Positions 41,625 through 53,306 of a stretch of DNA of 64,000 nucleotides are shown one piece after another; position 1 is the first letter of the stretch, and each line of letters starts with the position of its first letter. Where the stretch lies: assembly GCA_951406725.2 (NCBI GenBank), contig OX597836.1:1488001-1552000 (forward strand). Reading direction: 5' to 3'. The position numbers were made by a program, and so were the translations under genes. Under the pieces are notes generated by a model, which searched no databases, was not told where the DNA came from, and saw only the letters and a program-made list of their open reading frames with translations. The DNA comes from Octopus vulgaris. Lineage: Eukaryota.

Positions 41625-42871
41625 CAGGGGTTGGACAAAATAATGTGAACACCTAGCATCATAGTTTTGAAATATCTATGAAACCATCATAGCTTTATTT
41701 TATTAAATTTTTCATTATTAGTGTTGCTTAATATATTTTGTAAAAAAAAATGCTTTTTCTTTTCAGATACCATCAGAAAAAGGCAATTAAAATTCATTAA
41801 AATGACAGATCTATTGGACTTTCAAAGAGGTGAAATTGTTGGTGTTTGTATGGCAGGCACTAGCATAATGAAAACAGCTGAAATGCTTGGTGTATCAAGA
41901 AGTACTGTCTCGGATGTAAGGACAGCCTTTGAGAAAGGGGGAAAAACCTTGTCAAAGTCAAACAAAACTCTGGAAGAAAATCAAAACTTTCAGATAGGGA
42001 CCGTCGGGTCCTTACCCGAATTGTTAGAAAGGATCATAAAATTACAGCTCCCAAAATTACTGCAGAGCTTAATGACCACCTTGAAAACCCAGTTTCCACA
42101 AAAACTGTTTGCTGGGAGCTGCTGCACAAAGCCGGATTTCATAGGAGGGCTGCAATCAGAAAACCACTACTTTCAAAAACGAACGTTGCAAAGCGTTTGG
42201 AGTTGAGTAAAAACCTTCAGAATTGGTCTCTAGAGGAGTGGAAGAATGTTATTTTCTTGAACGGGTCATGCTTTACCTTATTTCCGACAACCGGCCGAGT
42301 ATACGTGTGGAGACGGGCAAAAGGAGCTTTTGAGCCAGACTGCCTTCTTCCAACTGCTAAACATGGAGGAGGATATGTGATGATCAGGGGGCCTATATCT
42401 TGGAAATCTGCCGGCCAAAATGTTTCCCTTGAAGGCAGGATTAGTAGTCATGACTATTTAAGCATTTTATCTGATCAAATTCATCCTATGGTTGCGGAAC
42501 TGTTTCCGGAGGGAAACGCAATCTTTCAGGATGATAATGCATCAGTTCACACAGCTAAAATTATTACTGAATGGTACGAGGAATATTCTAGTGAAGTTGA
42601 ACATCTTATCTGGCCACCATAGTCAATAGATCTCAATATTGTTGAACATGTATAGCGCAGTGTAGAAAATTAAATAAGGAGTCGATATCCCCCACCATCA
42701 TCACTAGAAGAACTGGAGGCTGTTTTAGCTGAATGGAGAAAAATTCCTTTGGAAACAATTCAAATTTAGTACGAGTCCACGCTGTAATTACTGGCAAAGT
42801 CGGTCCTACTCCATATTACAATAAATTTGTTTGAAATTTTGAGGCGTTTCCATTATTTTGTCCAACCCCTG
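41625..42871 (+). mobile_element. Full-length Tc1-like DNA transposon (1247 bp), inactive
   Basis: TIRs CAGGGGTTGGACAAAATAATG / CATTATTTTGTCCAACCCCTG; TA TSD on both sides; inserted in (TA)n. Confidence 0.95.
41802..42790 (+). pseudogene. Tc1-family transposase pseudogene (HTH + DDE domain, DD36E spacing), with frameshifts and stops
   Basis: 'MTDLLDFQRGEIVG...TAEMLGVSRSTVS' (paired-like HTH), 'WKNVIFLNGSCF', 'KHGGGYVMI', 'FQDDNASVH...WPP*SIDLNIVEH'. Confidence 0.92.
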
Positions 42872-44340
42872 TATATATATATATATATATGGACCCATAT
42901 TTGTTTGTGAATGTCTTGTTTCTACCGTCAAGAGTTGATATATATATATATATATATATTGTTCGACACACTTTAAGATAAATTCCTGTTCATGTATCCC
43001 TGAATCTAAGTTCTTTGAATAGCAAAATTACAGAGTTAATTAGTGTGAATGTGAAGGTAATTCGATTCCATCGACACCTAGGATTGAAGGGTCAATTGAC
43101 ACCTGTAGGGTATGAACTCGCAATTTAAGGAATTGGAATATTTACCACAACGCATTTTGTAATGGGCTTCAATGATTTTATCAAAAGAAATCCTCATATT
43201 CCTTATTCTAATTTCCCGACGGCTAGGAATGTGCGAGTTTTGTAATGGTTGGTTACTCTGACTCTACTCTTTCACCGGTAATTTCGTGTATCGATTCCAG
43301 AATGATAAAAACCACTGCACCTTGGTTTAAACCATTGCTGCAAGGTGCTTTGTTTCACGCTGTAGCGATGCTAACCCCAGTGGACCCAGTTTTTCCTGCT
43401 AATGATTTCAAAATAGACCATGCCTTTATGAAGGTATCAAGCAAAGGAGCTCAATTTTTGCGATGTTCCTCACCTACGATAATTTTCTTTGCCTATGTTT
43501 GGAAGGCGAAGGTGTGGCTACCTGGTAAGAAATTTGCTTACCAACCACATAGTTCTGTGTTGAATCCCAGTGCGTGGCACCTTCGGCAAGTATTTTCTGC
43601 CATAGCCTCGGCAGACGAGACGCATGTAGGATGAAAGACGAAAGATTAAAGATAAATTTTTACCCATGTTCCATACTTCATTCCAGCTTAAAATATTCGC
43701 AAACAAAGAATTTCTGGTGATTTTCCTATTTGTGTTCTAAGTCTATAAACTTACATTGTATCTACCTAAATGCTTCCTATAATACTTGGCTCGAATCTGT
43801 TAATTGTGATTCTTTTCTCCACGTTTACAAATCTACGTTCGATATTTACAAAAGTTTCAAAATATTTTACGAAATTTCTTTCCGTTTTACTGGGGTTCTT
43901 CTCTCCGTTGATTGTCAGAGTCCAGATAGAACTTCTTGACACTTCTTCAGAGGGGGGGAAGCCATGTTAAAATCACGAATGAAAAATATTACAAATGTAT
44001 AAAATACAGAGAAGAATTTTGAAAGGGAGAAAAGAAAAAAGAATGTCTTTGATATTTCTACTGCTGAGTAATGAGGTGGACTCTAAACTGCTCTGAAATT
44101 CTTCGTTGGCAAAATGAGTCTCACCTCCAGTAAAAACGAAAAAAAGAAAGAAAACTGCAAAAGTCTCTTTCTATCAAATTAGATGTGGTAAATACAAATC
44201 TTCCCCGCAGCGGTGTTAAACACGCTCGTTCACAACAATAACAACAACAGCAGCAGCAGCAGCAACAGCAGTAGCTGCTACAACAACAAGAGCAAGAAGA
44301 AGGGCAACAACAACAACAACAGCAATAATATCATCATTAC

Positions 44341-44371
<31 letters not shown>

Positions 44372-45093
44372 AATAATAATAATAATAATAACAGCGGCAA
44401 ACGCCATAAAAGATAATACTGAAAGTAAAGATGATGAAAAAAAATGAAAGAAAAGTGAAGAATTTACATGGGTAGGGGTGGGTATGTGGTAAAGAATGTA
44501 TGGAGTTATGGGCTGGTGGGGTGGGGTGGGGGAATTAGTGAAGAAAAGTTCTGCTAAATTGGTGCCAAGTTTGCAGTTTGTAGAGACATAAAAAATTGGT
44601 AACTATAAATACATGACATTTGTGTTGGAATACTCAAACTGACTCGATTCATCTCTCTCTCTCTCTCTCTCTCTCACTCTCTCTCACTCTGTCACTCTAT
44701 CTCTCTCTCTATATCTCTCTCTCTCTTTATGTAGCTTGTACTCTCCTTGTATTCATCTGTCATTTTCTTGTTTTTGCAGTTTTCAGTCTGTCTGTTTGTC
44801 TGTGTGTGTGTGCACTTTCGCATGTGTGTGCGTGTGGCTATGTGTGAGTATCTGTGCGTCTCGAATGCTTGTCACAACACATGTGGTTTCTTAGTCTACG
44901 TGTGTATAAATCACCGAAATGTTGTTGGTAAATGTGTTTTCTTGTTTGAGTGACAGGCTACATACATACGTGCATCTTCGTGCCTGTATGTGTGTGTAAA
45001 TACGTACGTATGTATGTATGCATGTGTGGGTGTGAATGTATGTATATGTGTGTATATAAAGATAGACAGACACATAGATATAGGTGTATATAC

Positions 45094-45139
<46 letters not shown>

Positions 45140-45506
45140 CTCACACACATATATATAATCACAATGAGGACATTTAAACCAGTGTCTGTTATCTACCTCA
45201 ATAATACATATACATAGAATACGAGGGGTTAATTTCCCTGTCGATGTAAACGAATAAGTAGGCTGCGTAAGCGCGCTATAATTGGTCATCTGTCAGGTTC
45301 CAAGTTCGCAGTTGGGGCTGGAGCTAGGGATCCGTAGCAGGTATCCGAATCAATATTAAAGGGAAATGAAGAAAAAAGAACCAAGGCAGGACGAGTATCT
45401 CAGCTCATTTAGAATATTCTGGGAAATTTTTCTCCTCCCTTCAATCTACTGCTTTATTCTTTGATTCTCTGTGAATTCTGCTTGGAACTTTCCTACAGAC
45501 ACATCC

Positions 45507-45583
45507 TGTCTCTGATGACGGTTTACCCGGGGTATGGAGATGTTGAGCCACCACCTGGGACATCTAGAAACAGCTGTAAGACA
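45507..45583 (+). ncRNA. Type-I hammerhead ribozyme-like motif in a Penelope-like terminal repeat (~45160..45620)
   Basis: Stem I TGTCT (45507-11)/AGACA (45579-83); core CTGATGA (45512-18); long stem II including CCCGGG/CCTGGG; GAAAC (45567-71); palindromic stem III AC-AGCT-GT; cleavage triplet GTA. Confidence 0.7.
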
Positions 45584-45679
45584 TTCACTACTTTTACTTC
45601 TCCTTTAATACTTTCTTTAATATACCACACAGACGCACACATGTATATATGTCTATATATACATATATACACACAATAT

Positions 45680-45790
<111 letters not shown>

Positions 45791-46009
45791 GTATATATCG
45801 TTCAAATTTACAAAAACAAATGACAGGTGAATGAACAACAAACAGGTGTATTAGTTTAAAGCTCGGGAAGAATGGAAAAGTGTTTTAGGTTTGGAATCCA
45901 CGCTCTTCGGGATTGAGAGGATAAAAAACGGAGAGAAAAAAAACGCGTGCAGAGTTCGACGTTCCAACATGACGATATATATATATATATATATATGTTT
46001 GTATGTATC

Positions 46010-46047
<38 letters not shown>

Positions 46048-46098
46048 CATATACATACATATATATATATATATACATACATATATACATACCTACAA

Positions 46099-46129
<31 letters not shown>

Positions 46130-46449
46130 CATATATACATGCATGCATACATACATACATACATGCATACATGCATACATGCATACATGCATACATTCAT
46201 ACACACACATACATACATACATACATGCATACATACATACACACATACTTGCATACATACACACATACATACATACATACATGTATACATACATACATAC
46301 ATACATACATACATACATACATACATGCATACATACATATATACATACATGCATACATACATACATACATAATACATAAATACATACACACATACATACA
46401 TAGACTTACATACGTTCATTTGTAGTGGAAGAAGCCACCATCAGTACTG

Positions 46450-47003
46450 ATGAGATGATTTCACGTAAACCTTACCAAATTTTGAGTTTTCCTCATCAGA
46501 ATTGCTAATCCCATTTAGCAAATATCACAAATGCTTTCATCAACTATGTTACCTTAATTACATTGATTTATTATCTGTGCAAAGTTCTGATGAAATGTTT
46601 TCATTATCCCTGGCGTTCCTTAATGCAGGTTTCATCTTAGGAAATATCCCCCACCTTCATCTCCAAGAACTTCTGGCATTTTAAAATCAAAATCAGAATA
46701 ATAGGTCATTGACCAAAATATTGCTTCGTAGACTTGAACTTCTCGCTATTTTTATAGCCATTTAAGAATGTTTGTCCTGCTAAACCTCCATCTTTATATC
46801 TTTTGAGAATCTCGTAACGAGACCAACACTTTTCTTCTTGCAACTCATATTTTTGGCATAAATATTCAGTCTGCGTAGAAATGAGCAATATCTTAGTTTG
46901 GTATTTTTATATTCTTGCCAGCGAATCGCGTATTTCTTCTCATTTGTTCAGCAAATAAAAAAGAGGTTTTTACTCAAAGAATAAACAATATTGAGGAGGG
47001 AGG

Positions 47004-47090
<87 letters not shown>

Positions 47091-48950
47091 AGAGATAGAA
47101 AGCGATTCTCTTGACACAAACGCCTGTGGTATTGTATCTCTTTGATCAGTTGCTATAGATCCAAGACTTGATATAACTTGAGAAAGAAAGCTCAAGATGT
47201 CAGATTCTCTGTAGTCCTGATAATGGTATTTGGAACTTTTGAGAGGGGAACCTCTTCTAATGCTTTCGAATGAATATGTTAGACTATGATTAAGCACCCC
47301 CTGTACTTCTGCACCTCGCACAACAATTTTTTAAAGTCAAGATTTGTTTAACACACCTTCGAGGCCTTCCCATTTCCCAGATGCCTCGACTGCTGCGCAA
47401 ATATTGCTGTTAGTGATGCTGGAAGAAGCTTTCTAATGTGAAATACATTCGATGCATGACATTCTGACATTCAGTTGACAGCCATATTTCCCCAGGCGAC
47501 AGCTTTAACGTATGAGTTTTGCTTCTGCCAGCAGCAAGCAGTTTGGTATGTTCACATCTCTGATGAAAGTTAGCTAGTGATGGACAATGAAATACTTCCC
47601 ATAGGTGTCGTTGTTGTACCTGTATACGACAGCCGTGTCTATTCCTGGTGCTTTTCTAAGGCGGTGAGCTGGCAGAAACGTTTGCACGCCGGATGAAATG
47701 CTTAGCGATATTTTATCTGCTGCTACGTTCTGAGTTCAAATTCCGCGGAGGTCGATTTTGCCTTTCATTCTTTCGGGGTCGAATAAATAAGTACCAGTTT
47801 CGCACTGGGGTCGATATAATCGACTTAATCCGTTTGTCTGTCCATGTTTGTCTTCTCTGTGTTTAGCCCCATGTGAGTAGTAAAGAAATAAGCATGTCTT
47901 TTGCTTTTACGTTCTGAGTTCAAATTCCGCCGAGGTCGACTTTGCCTTTCATCCTTCCAGGGTTGATAATTTAAGTTCCAGTGGCGCACTGGGGTCGATC
48001 TAATCGACTGGCCACCTCCTCCAAAATTTCGGACCTTGTGCTTAGAGTAGAAAAGATTCCTGGTGCTTCTCTATTCTGAAGTTTTTGAAATATTCTGAAA
48101 TGCCTCACTTTATTCTACATCATCTTTGGCCAATCCATCTTGTATCCTAATTAAACCGCTCTGCTCCGTTCTAGATTATTCTCCAGAATGAATCTATATC
48201 CTTCTGAGAAAAATCCTCTCTGATATTTATTGATTTTCTTGTCATATTTCTATAAACTGCTGATTAATTTCGATTAAACTTCTTGTTAATTATTTTTCTT
48301 TTAGCCGCTCTCTTCTGATGCCCTCAGTTCTTCACAAACATCTTTCATCTTCGGTTTCATAGAAATTAATTTGTACTCATCTGTTCACAATTTGCTACCC
48401 CCGAACACTTTGCTGATCAAAAATGAAGTTATTTGACTGTTTACAAGAGATAAGCAGCACCGAATCACCGATAGTTTCCCGAACACCAATAAATCCCTTT
48501 TTCCATTTCCAAAATTCACGATAGCGTTTTTTGTATTTGTTTTATTTGCCTTTAATTCTTCGGTATCTTCCAACTGCTGCTTTCCACCACCATATTTCTT
48601 AACCGTTCATATATCGGAATGAGAAGGTTTTACAATATTGTGAATATATTCTCGACCATTTTCGCTAAGCATCGTTGGATCGCTAGAATTCTGCTTTGTT
48701 ATTCATTTATGCTTCATGCTGTTTCTCTGAAGTGGCTATTTTAAAACAAACCAAAAACAGAACAAACAAAAACGTAAAAGAACGAAAAGAAAAGAAAAAG
48801 AAAGAAACGCCTGAAGCTTTACCGGAAAGGTTCCCCCGAGCAAGCACTCTTCATGGTCTTTGCTCTTCCAGCTTGCAGAAAAAATTTCTGTACTGACCGC
48901 TGTTTGTCTGACAACATATAAGGATCTGGTTGGGCACGAAACCACAATGC
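46450..48950 (-). pseudogene. Very old non-LTR retrotransposon reverse-transcriptase remnant
   Basis: Minus strand reads 'IAHFYAD*' at 46866-46889 (cf. YADD) and a 'KALEEVP' segment (~47245-47270; cf. KAFDRVP) in the correct order. Interrupted by (GA)n and a SINE dimer. Confidence 0.45.
47658..48055 (+). mobile_element. Dimeric family A SINE bounded by one 17-bp TSD
   Basis: TSD ATTCCTGGTGCTT(T/C)TCT at 47641-47657 and 48056-48072 encloses a full monomer plus a 5'-truncated second monomer. Confidence 0.88.
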
Positions 48951-49284
48951 CTTTATTTTGTATTGTTAAATGTTTTAATTCTGTTTTCCTCGCATACAGT
49001 TTTTCTCTGTTATCTTGGTGCGATACGGTGGATTAATTTAAGACTGTAGCTCTTATTTCTAGCAGGTAGATGCTTGTTTAGCATCATTACGCTTCGTGCA
49101 AAGTTATATTTATATATATGTGTGTGTGTATATATATACATACAAATTCATATATACTTATGTGTGTGTGTATATCAGTGTTTGTGCGTGTAATGTGAGC
49201 GTGTAGATGTGATACAGACTTTCAGATGAACAATCAAACCAACAAATATGGAATGTGTCGTGTAAAAAGAGATACTGGGAGATA

Positions 49285-49324
<40 letters not shown>

Positions 49325-49423
49325 TAATCCAAACATGAAAACACAAAGAGAAAACACAACAACGCGAGGTCGTGGAACAAATATAGTATTATTTGACGCT
49401 CAGGAAGGAAGGGAAGAAGGAGG

Positions 49424-49458
49424 GTTTAACGTTTCGAGCGGAGCTCTTCGTCGGAAAC
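49424..49458 (-). ncRNA. Minimal type-I hammerhead ribozyme-like motif in a short repeat unit (~49330..49530)
   Basis: Minus strand GTTT-CCGACGA-A-GAGC-TCC-GCTC-GAAAC-GTT-AAAC: stem I, CYGANGA core, stem II, GAAA and GUU triplet; the stem III region is the palindrome AACGTT. Confidence 0.65.
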
Positions 49459-49526
49459 ATAGGAGAAGGAGAAGATCCAGAGAAGGGAAGAGAGAGGAAA
49501 AAAAATCGCCAACGGTACACACGCGG

Positions 49527-49612
<86 letters not shown>

Positions 49613-49763
49613 ATAAAAACGGTAAGATAACAAAAGAAAGAGAGAGAACTCGATATTATGTAAATAGAGGAATTTATCTGTAAAATAATATGTGACAATT
49701 ATTCGGAAATCCACCTCGGCATCTGAAACTTGGAGTTTCATCATGGCTATCGAATAATTGTCA

Positions 49764-49838
<75 letters not shown>

Positions 49839-50336
49839 GTTTGCTGTTATTTTGTTTAATACCGTGACCTCCTTGATTTGTTAGACATATAATCAAATCT
49901 ATACCATCCGTGACCATCTCATCTGTTATATATAGGATTGTTCTATTTGTTTTAGTGTTCTCTGTTTGGTATTTGAGTAATTCTGCTTGTATGGCAGCTT
50001 CCATCCATCGCTACTCAGCGGAAAATGATTATGATTGAGAACTCCGAGTTAGTTCGGACACATTTCTGGCTTTGGCACCAACTCAAACTTTTTTACAGGC
50101 ATTTTATGATATTCCTCTCTTATTTATTCAGCTAATACTTAATGTGTGTGTATGCGTGAGTGTGTGTGTGCGTGTACAAGCGCGTGTATTCTTGCGTGAG
50201 AAGGTGCATATAAAAATAAAGATAAGTCTATAGAATGCAAACCGCCACATGTGCCGCATTCTGCGCTAATCACGTGGTGATGACATCGCCAGAATTTTAA
50301 TTTCCAATGGTTGAAGTGCTGACATCACTAACATTC

Positions 50337-50373
<37 letters not shown>

Positions 50374-50413
50374 TAATAATAACAATAATAATAATAACAA
50401 TAATAATAATAAC

Positions 50414-50477
<64 letters not shown>

Positions 50478-50479
<2 letters not shown>

Positions 50480-50662
50480 GATGGGATAAATAGGGGCTGC
50501 AATAAGGGTGGAGCACTTGTAGAAAACAGCACTGCTTGGAACCGCCCGAATACTACGGAAGATGCTCGAAAAATAAGAGGTGTTACCTTAGTTCCCTGGT
50601 AGTGAACATCTGACACCGGAGTACATCTCCAACGTTAGAAGTTGTGCAAAGAAGAAAAAAAA
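50478..50662 (+). mobile_element. 3' end of an R4/Dong-clade (RLE) non-LTR retrotransposon next to a (TAA)n array
   Basis: Reads 'IRVEHL*KTALLGTARILRKMLEK*' (cf. the R4/Dong C-terminal motif LQKxALLGTAxILRxVL), then a short 3' UTR and A-rich end. It abuts (TAA)n at 50336..50477. Confidence 0.75.
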
Positions 50663-51029
50663 TACTCTTCTACTGTAGGCAAATAGCCTGAAATTTGGGG
50701 GAAGAGGTTTCTCTCTTCAGACCGATCCACCACTATCTGTTGACGATAAACCCCGTCAACTGCCCTTTAACTAGTTTGCTAATCCGGTCCCTCTAGTCTT
50801 TGCGAGCCGGTAAGGACACATTCAACTTCCAGAGTACCGGTTACCTGTCTATCTAAATCGACTGAGCTTATTACAAATTTGTGATCTTTTTAGCCAATGA
50901 ATTTAAATTGTGGATAACCTAGGCTGTCCCTATCCTCTGACCTGAAAAATACGATCTGAATGACCTGCTGAAGTTGCTCCATATCTACACTGGCACATGA
51001 GGGAAGTCCAGTCGGTACCAGACCACAAG

Positions 51030-51665
51030 ACGAGAAACTTGAAGAAGAAGTCAATGAGAGCTCTACCAAAGAGTAATGTATCTGTCCTCATGCCTGTCAG
51101 CCTTGTCCACTAAAAACCGCTTTCGCCACGGCCACCAGACAAAGGAAAACTGCTTTGCCTACCCATTTGAAGGAGGGCGGCGGTGCGATCCTCACTACAG
51201 ACTCTGCCGACAGACGGATCCGTCCCACACGTAACAGCAGTTGTTCGAGGTAACCCTACAAGTCAGCAATGTCCGGACATTGAGCGAGGGAGTGCAAATT
51301 GGACACGCCCGTTTGACAGTACATCCGTGCCAGCCTGTAGAGTTTATCTCGAACTGGTAGCCCCCCACCCCACCCCGTAGTACTGCCAGGCCAAAGACAT
51401 CTGGAAATTATCCATGATAGCTCCCGACGGGAAAGCCCTTGGAATAGAATAGCCAATTTGTTCTCGTCGGAGGCCACAGACTCCCCGAGAACGTCGTCGC
51501 TCTTTCCCACCACTAATCCTCTATAAATTTCTAAAGCGGAACATCTACCAATTCCATTGCCCGACTGGTAGAGGGGTGTGCGTGCCTGACGACATTCTAG
51601 GTAACATCTACCAATTCCATTGCCCGACTGGTAGAGGGGTGTGCGTGCCTGACGACATTCTAGGT
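51030..51665 (-). mobile_element. 5'-truncated L1/Tx1-like LINE ORF2 C-terminal fragment (zf-RVT-like region)
   Basis: 'YRGLV...LPVRDKLYR...LHSLAQCPDIADL', continuing 'SAESVVRIAPPSFKWVGKAVFLCLVAVAK'; GC-richer than its flanks. Confidence 0.7.
51540..51665. repeat. Perfect 63-bp tandem duplication
   Basis: 51540..51602 is identical to 51603..51665; seen as 'CYLECRQARTPLYQSGNGIGR' x2 in ORF 51256..51723. Confidence 0.95.
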
Positions 51666-51887
51666 AACAACAACAACAACAAACAATAGCAATAACAATA
51701 ATAATTATTATAATAATATGCACCGATGTTGTACTAGGCAGTGGCTCCCGTGGCTTTTGGAAGTGTTATCATGTACATTGATTTGCCTTGGTATAAAAGA
51801 TGGGCTACAGCAAATATTATGCTTAATACCACAGATTTACTTGTCAGTGGTTTGATCTTAACCACTTGAGCATGTCCCTTAGTGGCT

Positions 51888-52160
51888 GCCTTCAGCAGTT
51901 TTGGCATCGTGGGGGTGAGAATGAAGAAGGCAATCCACAGTACCACCGATGCGGCAGAGGGGCCTAAAGATGGCTGTAGATCAAAAGTGGAGAGCCATGG
52001 GGTAGCTAGATGGCCATCTGGACACAAGTTGGGGTCTGAGCAGCCCCAGGTGAGTCACCTGGGTGAGGGTTTATGACGTTGAAAGACCCGAAACACCTGA
52101 TGATACCAGGCACGTAACTGAAGAAGTGTCCAGATGCATCAGTCATTGATGAGTGTACAC
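51888..52160 (+). mobile_element. 3' end of a HERO/NeSL-like RLE non-LTR retrotransposon with a structured 3' UTR
   Basis: 'AFSSFGIVGVRMKKAIHSTTDAAE...' resembles the C-terminal 'LGIxG..KxAI....AAExASxWLW' motif. An 11-bp perfect IR CATCTGGACAC (52015-25)/GTGTCCAGATG (52126-36) encloses the UTR. Confidence 0.55.
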
Positions 52161-52169
52161 AACGAATAA

Positions 52170-52367
52170 TAATAACCGTTTCCACTGGAACCACTGGGCC
52201 TTAAATTTGTGGGAAGGGATTAAGCTGATTACATTGATCCCAATGTTCAACTGGTACTTATTTTATCGACCCCGAAAAGATGAAAGGCAAAGTCGACCAC
52301 GCGGAATCTGAACACAGAACGGAGCAATGGGCGAAATAACGCTAAGCGTTCTTCCAACTCACCGCCT

Positions 52368-52368
<1 letters not shown>
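52170..52368 (-). mobile_element. SINE family A
   Basis: CTGGTACTTATTTTATCGACCCCGAAAAGATGAAAGGCAAAGTCGACC...CTCACCGCCTT. Confidence 0.8.
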
Positions 52369-52436
<68 letters not shown>

Positions 52437-52473
52437 CACTGCTGCTGGTACTACTACTAACGATAATAATAAC

Positions 52474-52514
<41 letters not shown>

Positions 52515-53000
52515 GAAGAAGAAGAAGAAGAAGTAAAAAAAGAAGAAGGAGAAGAAGAAGAAGAAGAAGAAGAAGAAGAAGAAGAAGAAGAAGAAGAAGG
52601 AGAACAACAACAGCAACAACAAATGTAACAACAAGATTTCTTCATCATCGCTGTCTTTATCATCGTCATCAGTATTGACGCTGTTGTCGGCGTTGTCATC
52701 ATCATCATCACCATCATTAGTATTGTTGCTGTTGTTGTTATTGTTTTTCTTCTTCTTCTTTTCCTTCCTTCCTTCTTCTTCTTCTTCTTCTTCTTCTTCT
52801 TCTCATATCAAGATAAACAGCACATCTCGTGGCATTGAATTTTCGGGAGTCCATCCTCCAGTCCGAATTGGATGTTGCAACCCTGTTTCAAGGGACCATT
52901 CAAACTCAAAATCCTCCAACATATGATGCTCCATCCTGCTCGTGATCGAGATGCAATATCTCACCTAGGTGCTCACTGTTTAACAATAACAAATCTGTGG

Positions 53001-53070
<70 letters not shown>

Positions 53071-53201
53071 CATCATCATCATCATCATCACCATCATTAG
53101 TATTGTAGCTGTTGTTGTTATTGTTTTTCTTCTTCTTCTTCTTCTTCTTCTTATGATGATGATGATGATTTTTATTATTATTATCATTATTATTATTATT
53201 A

Positions 53202-53282
<81 letters not shown>

Positions 53283-53306
53283 TTATCATTATTATTATTA
53301 TTATCA
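52368..53306. repeat. Compound trinucleotide microsatellite block (ACT, AAT, AAG, CAT, TTC, ATT) with an internal ~60-bp duplication
   Basis: CATCATCACCATCATTAGTATTGT(T/A)GCTGTTGTTGTTATTGTTTTTCTTCTT occurs at ~52700 and ~53080. Confidence 0.9.

Noticed and set aside
41721-42622. Active transposase gene
   Set aside because: The sequence is split over frames, the first catalytic D reads N, and in-frame stops occur near WPP and after the catalytic E.
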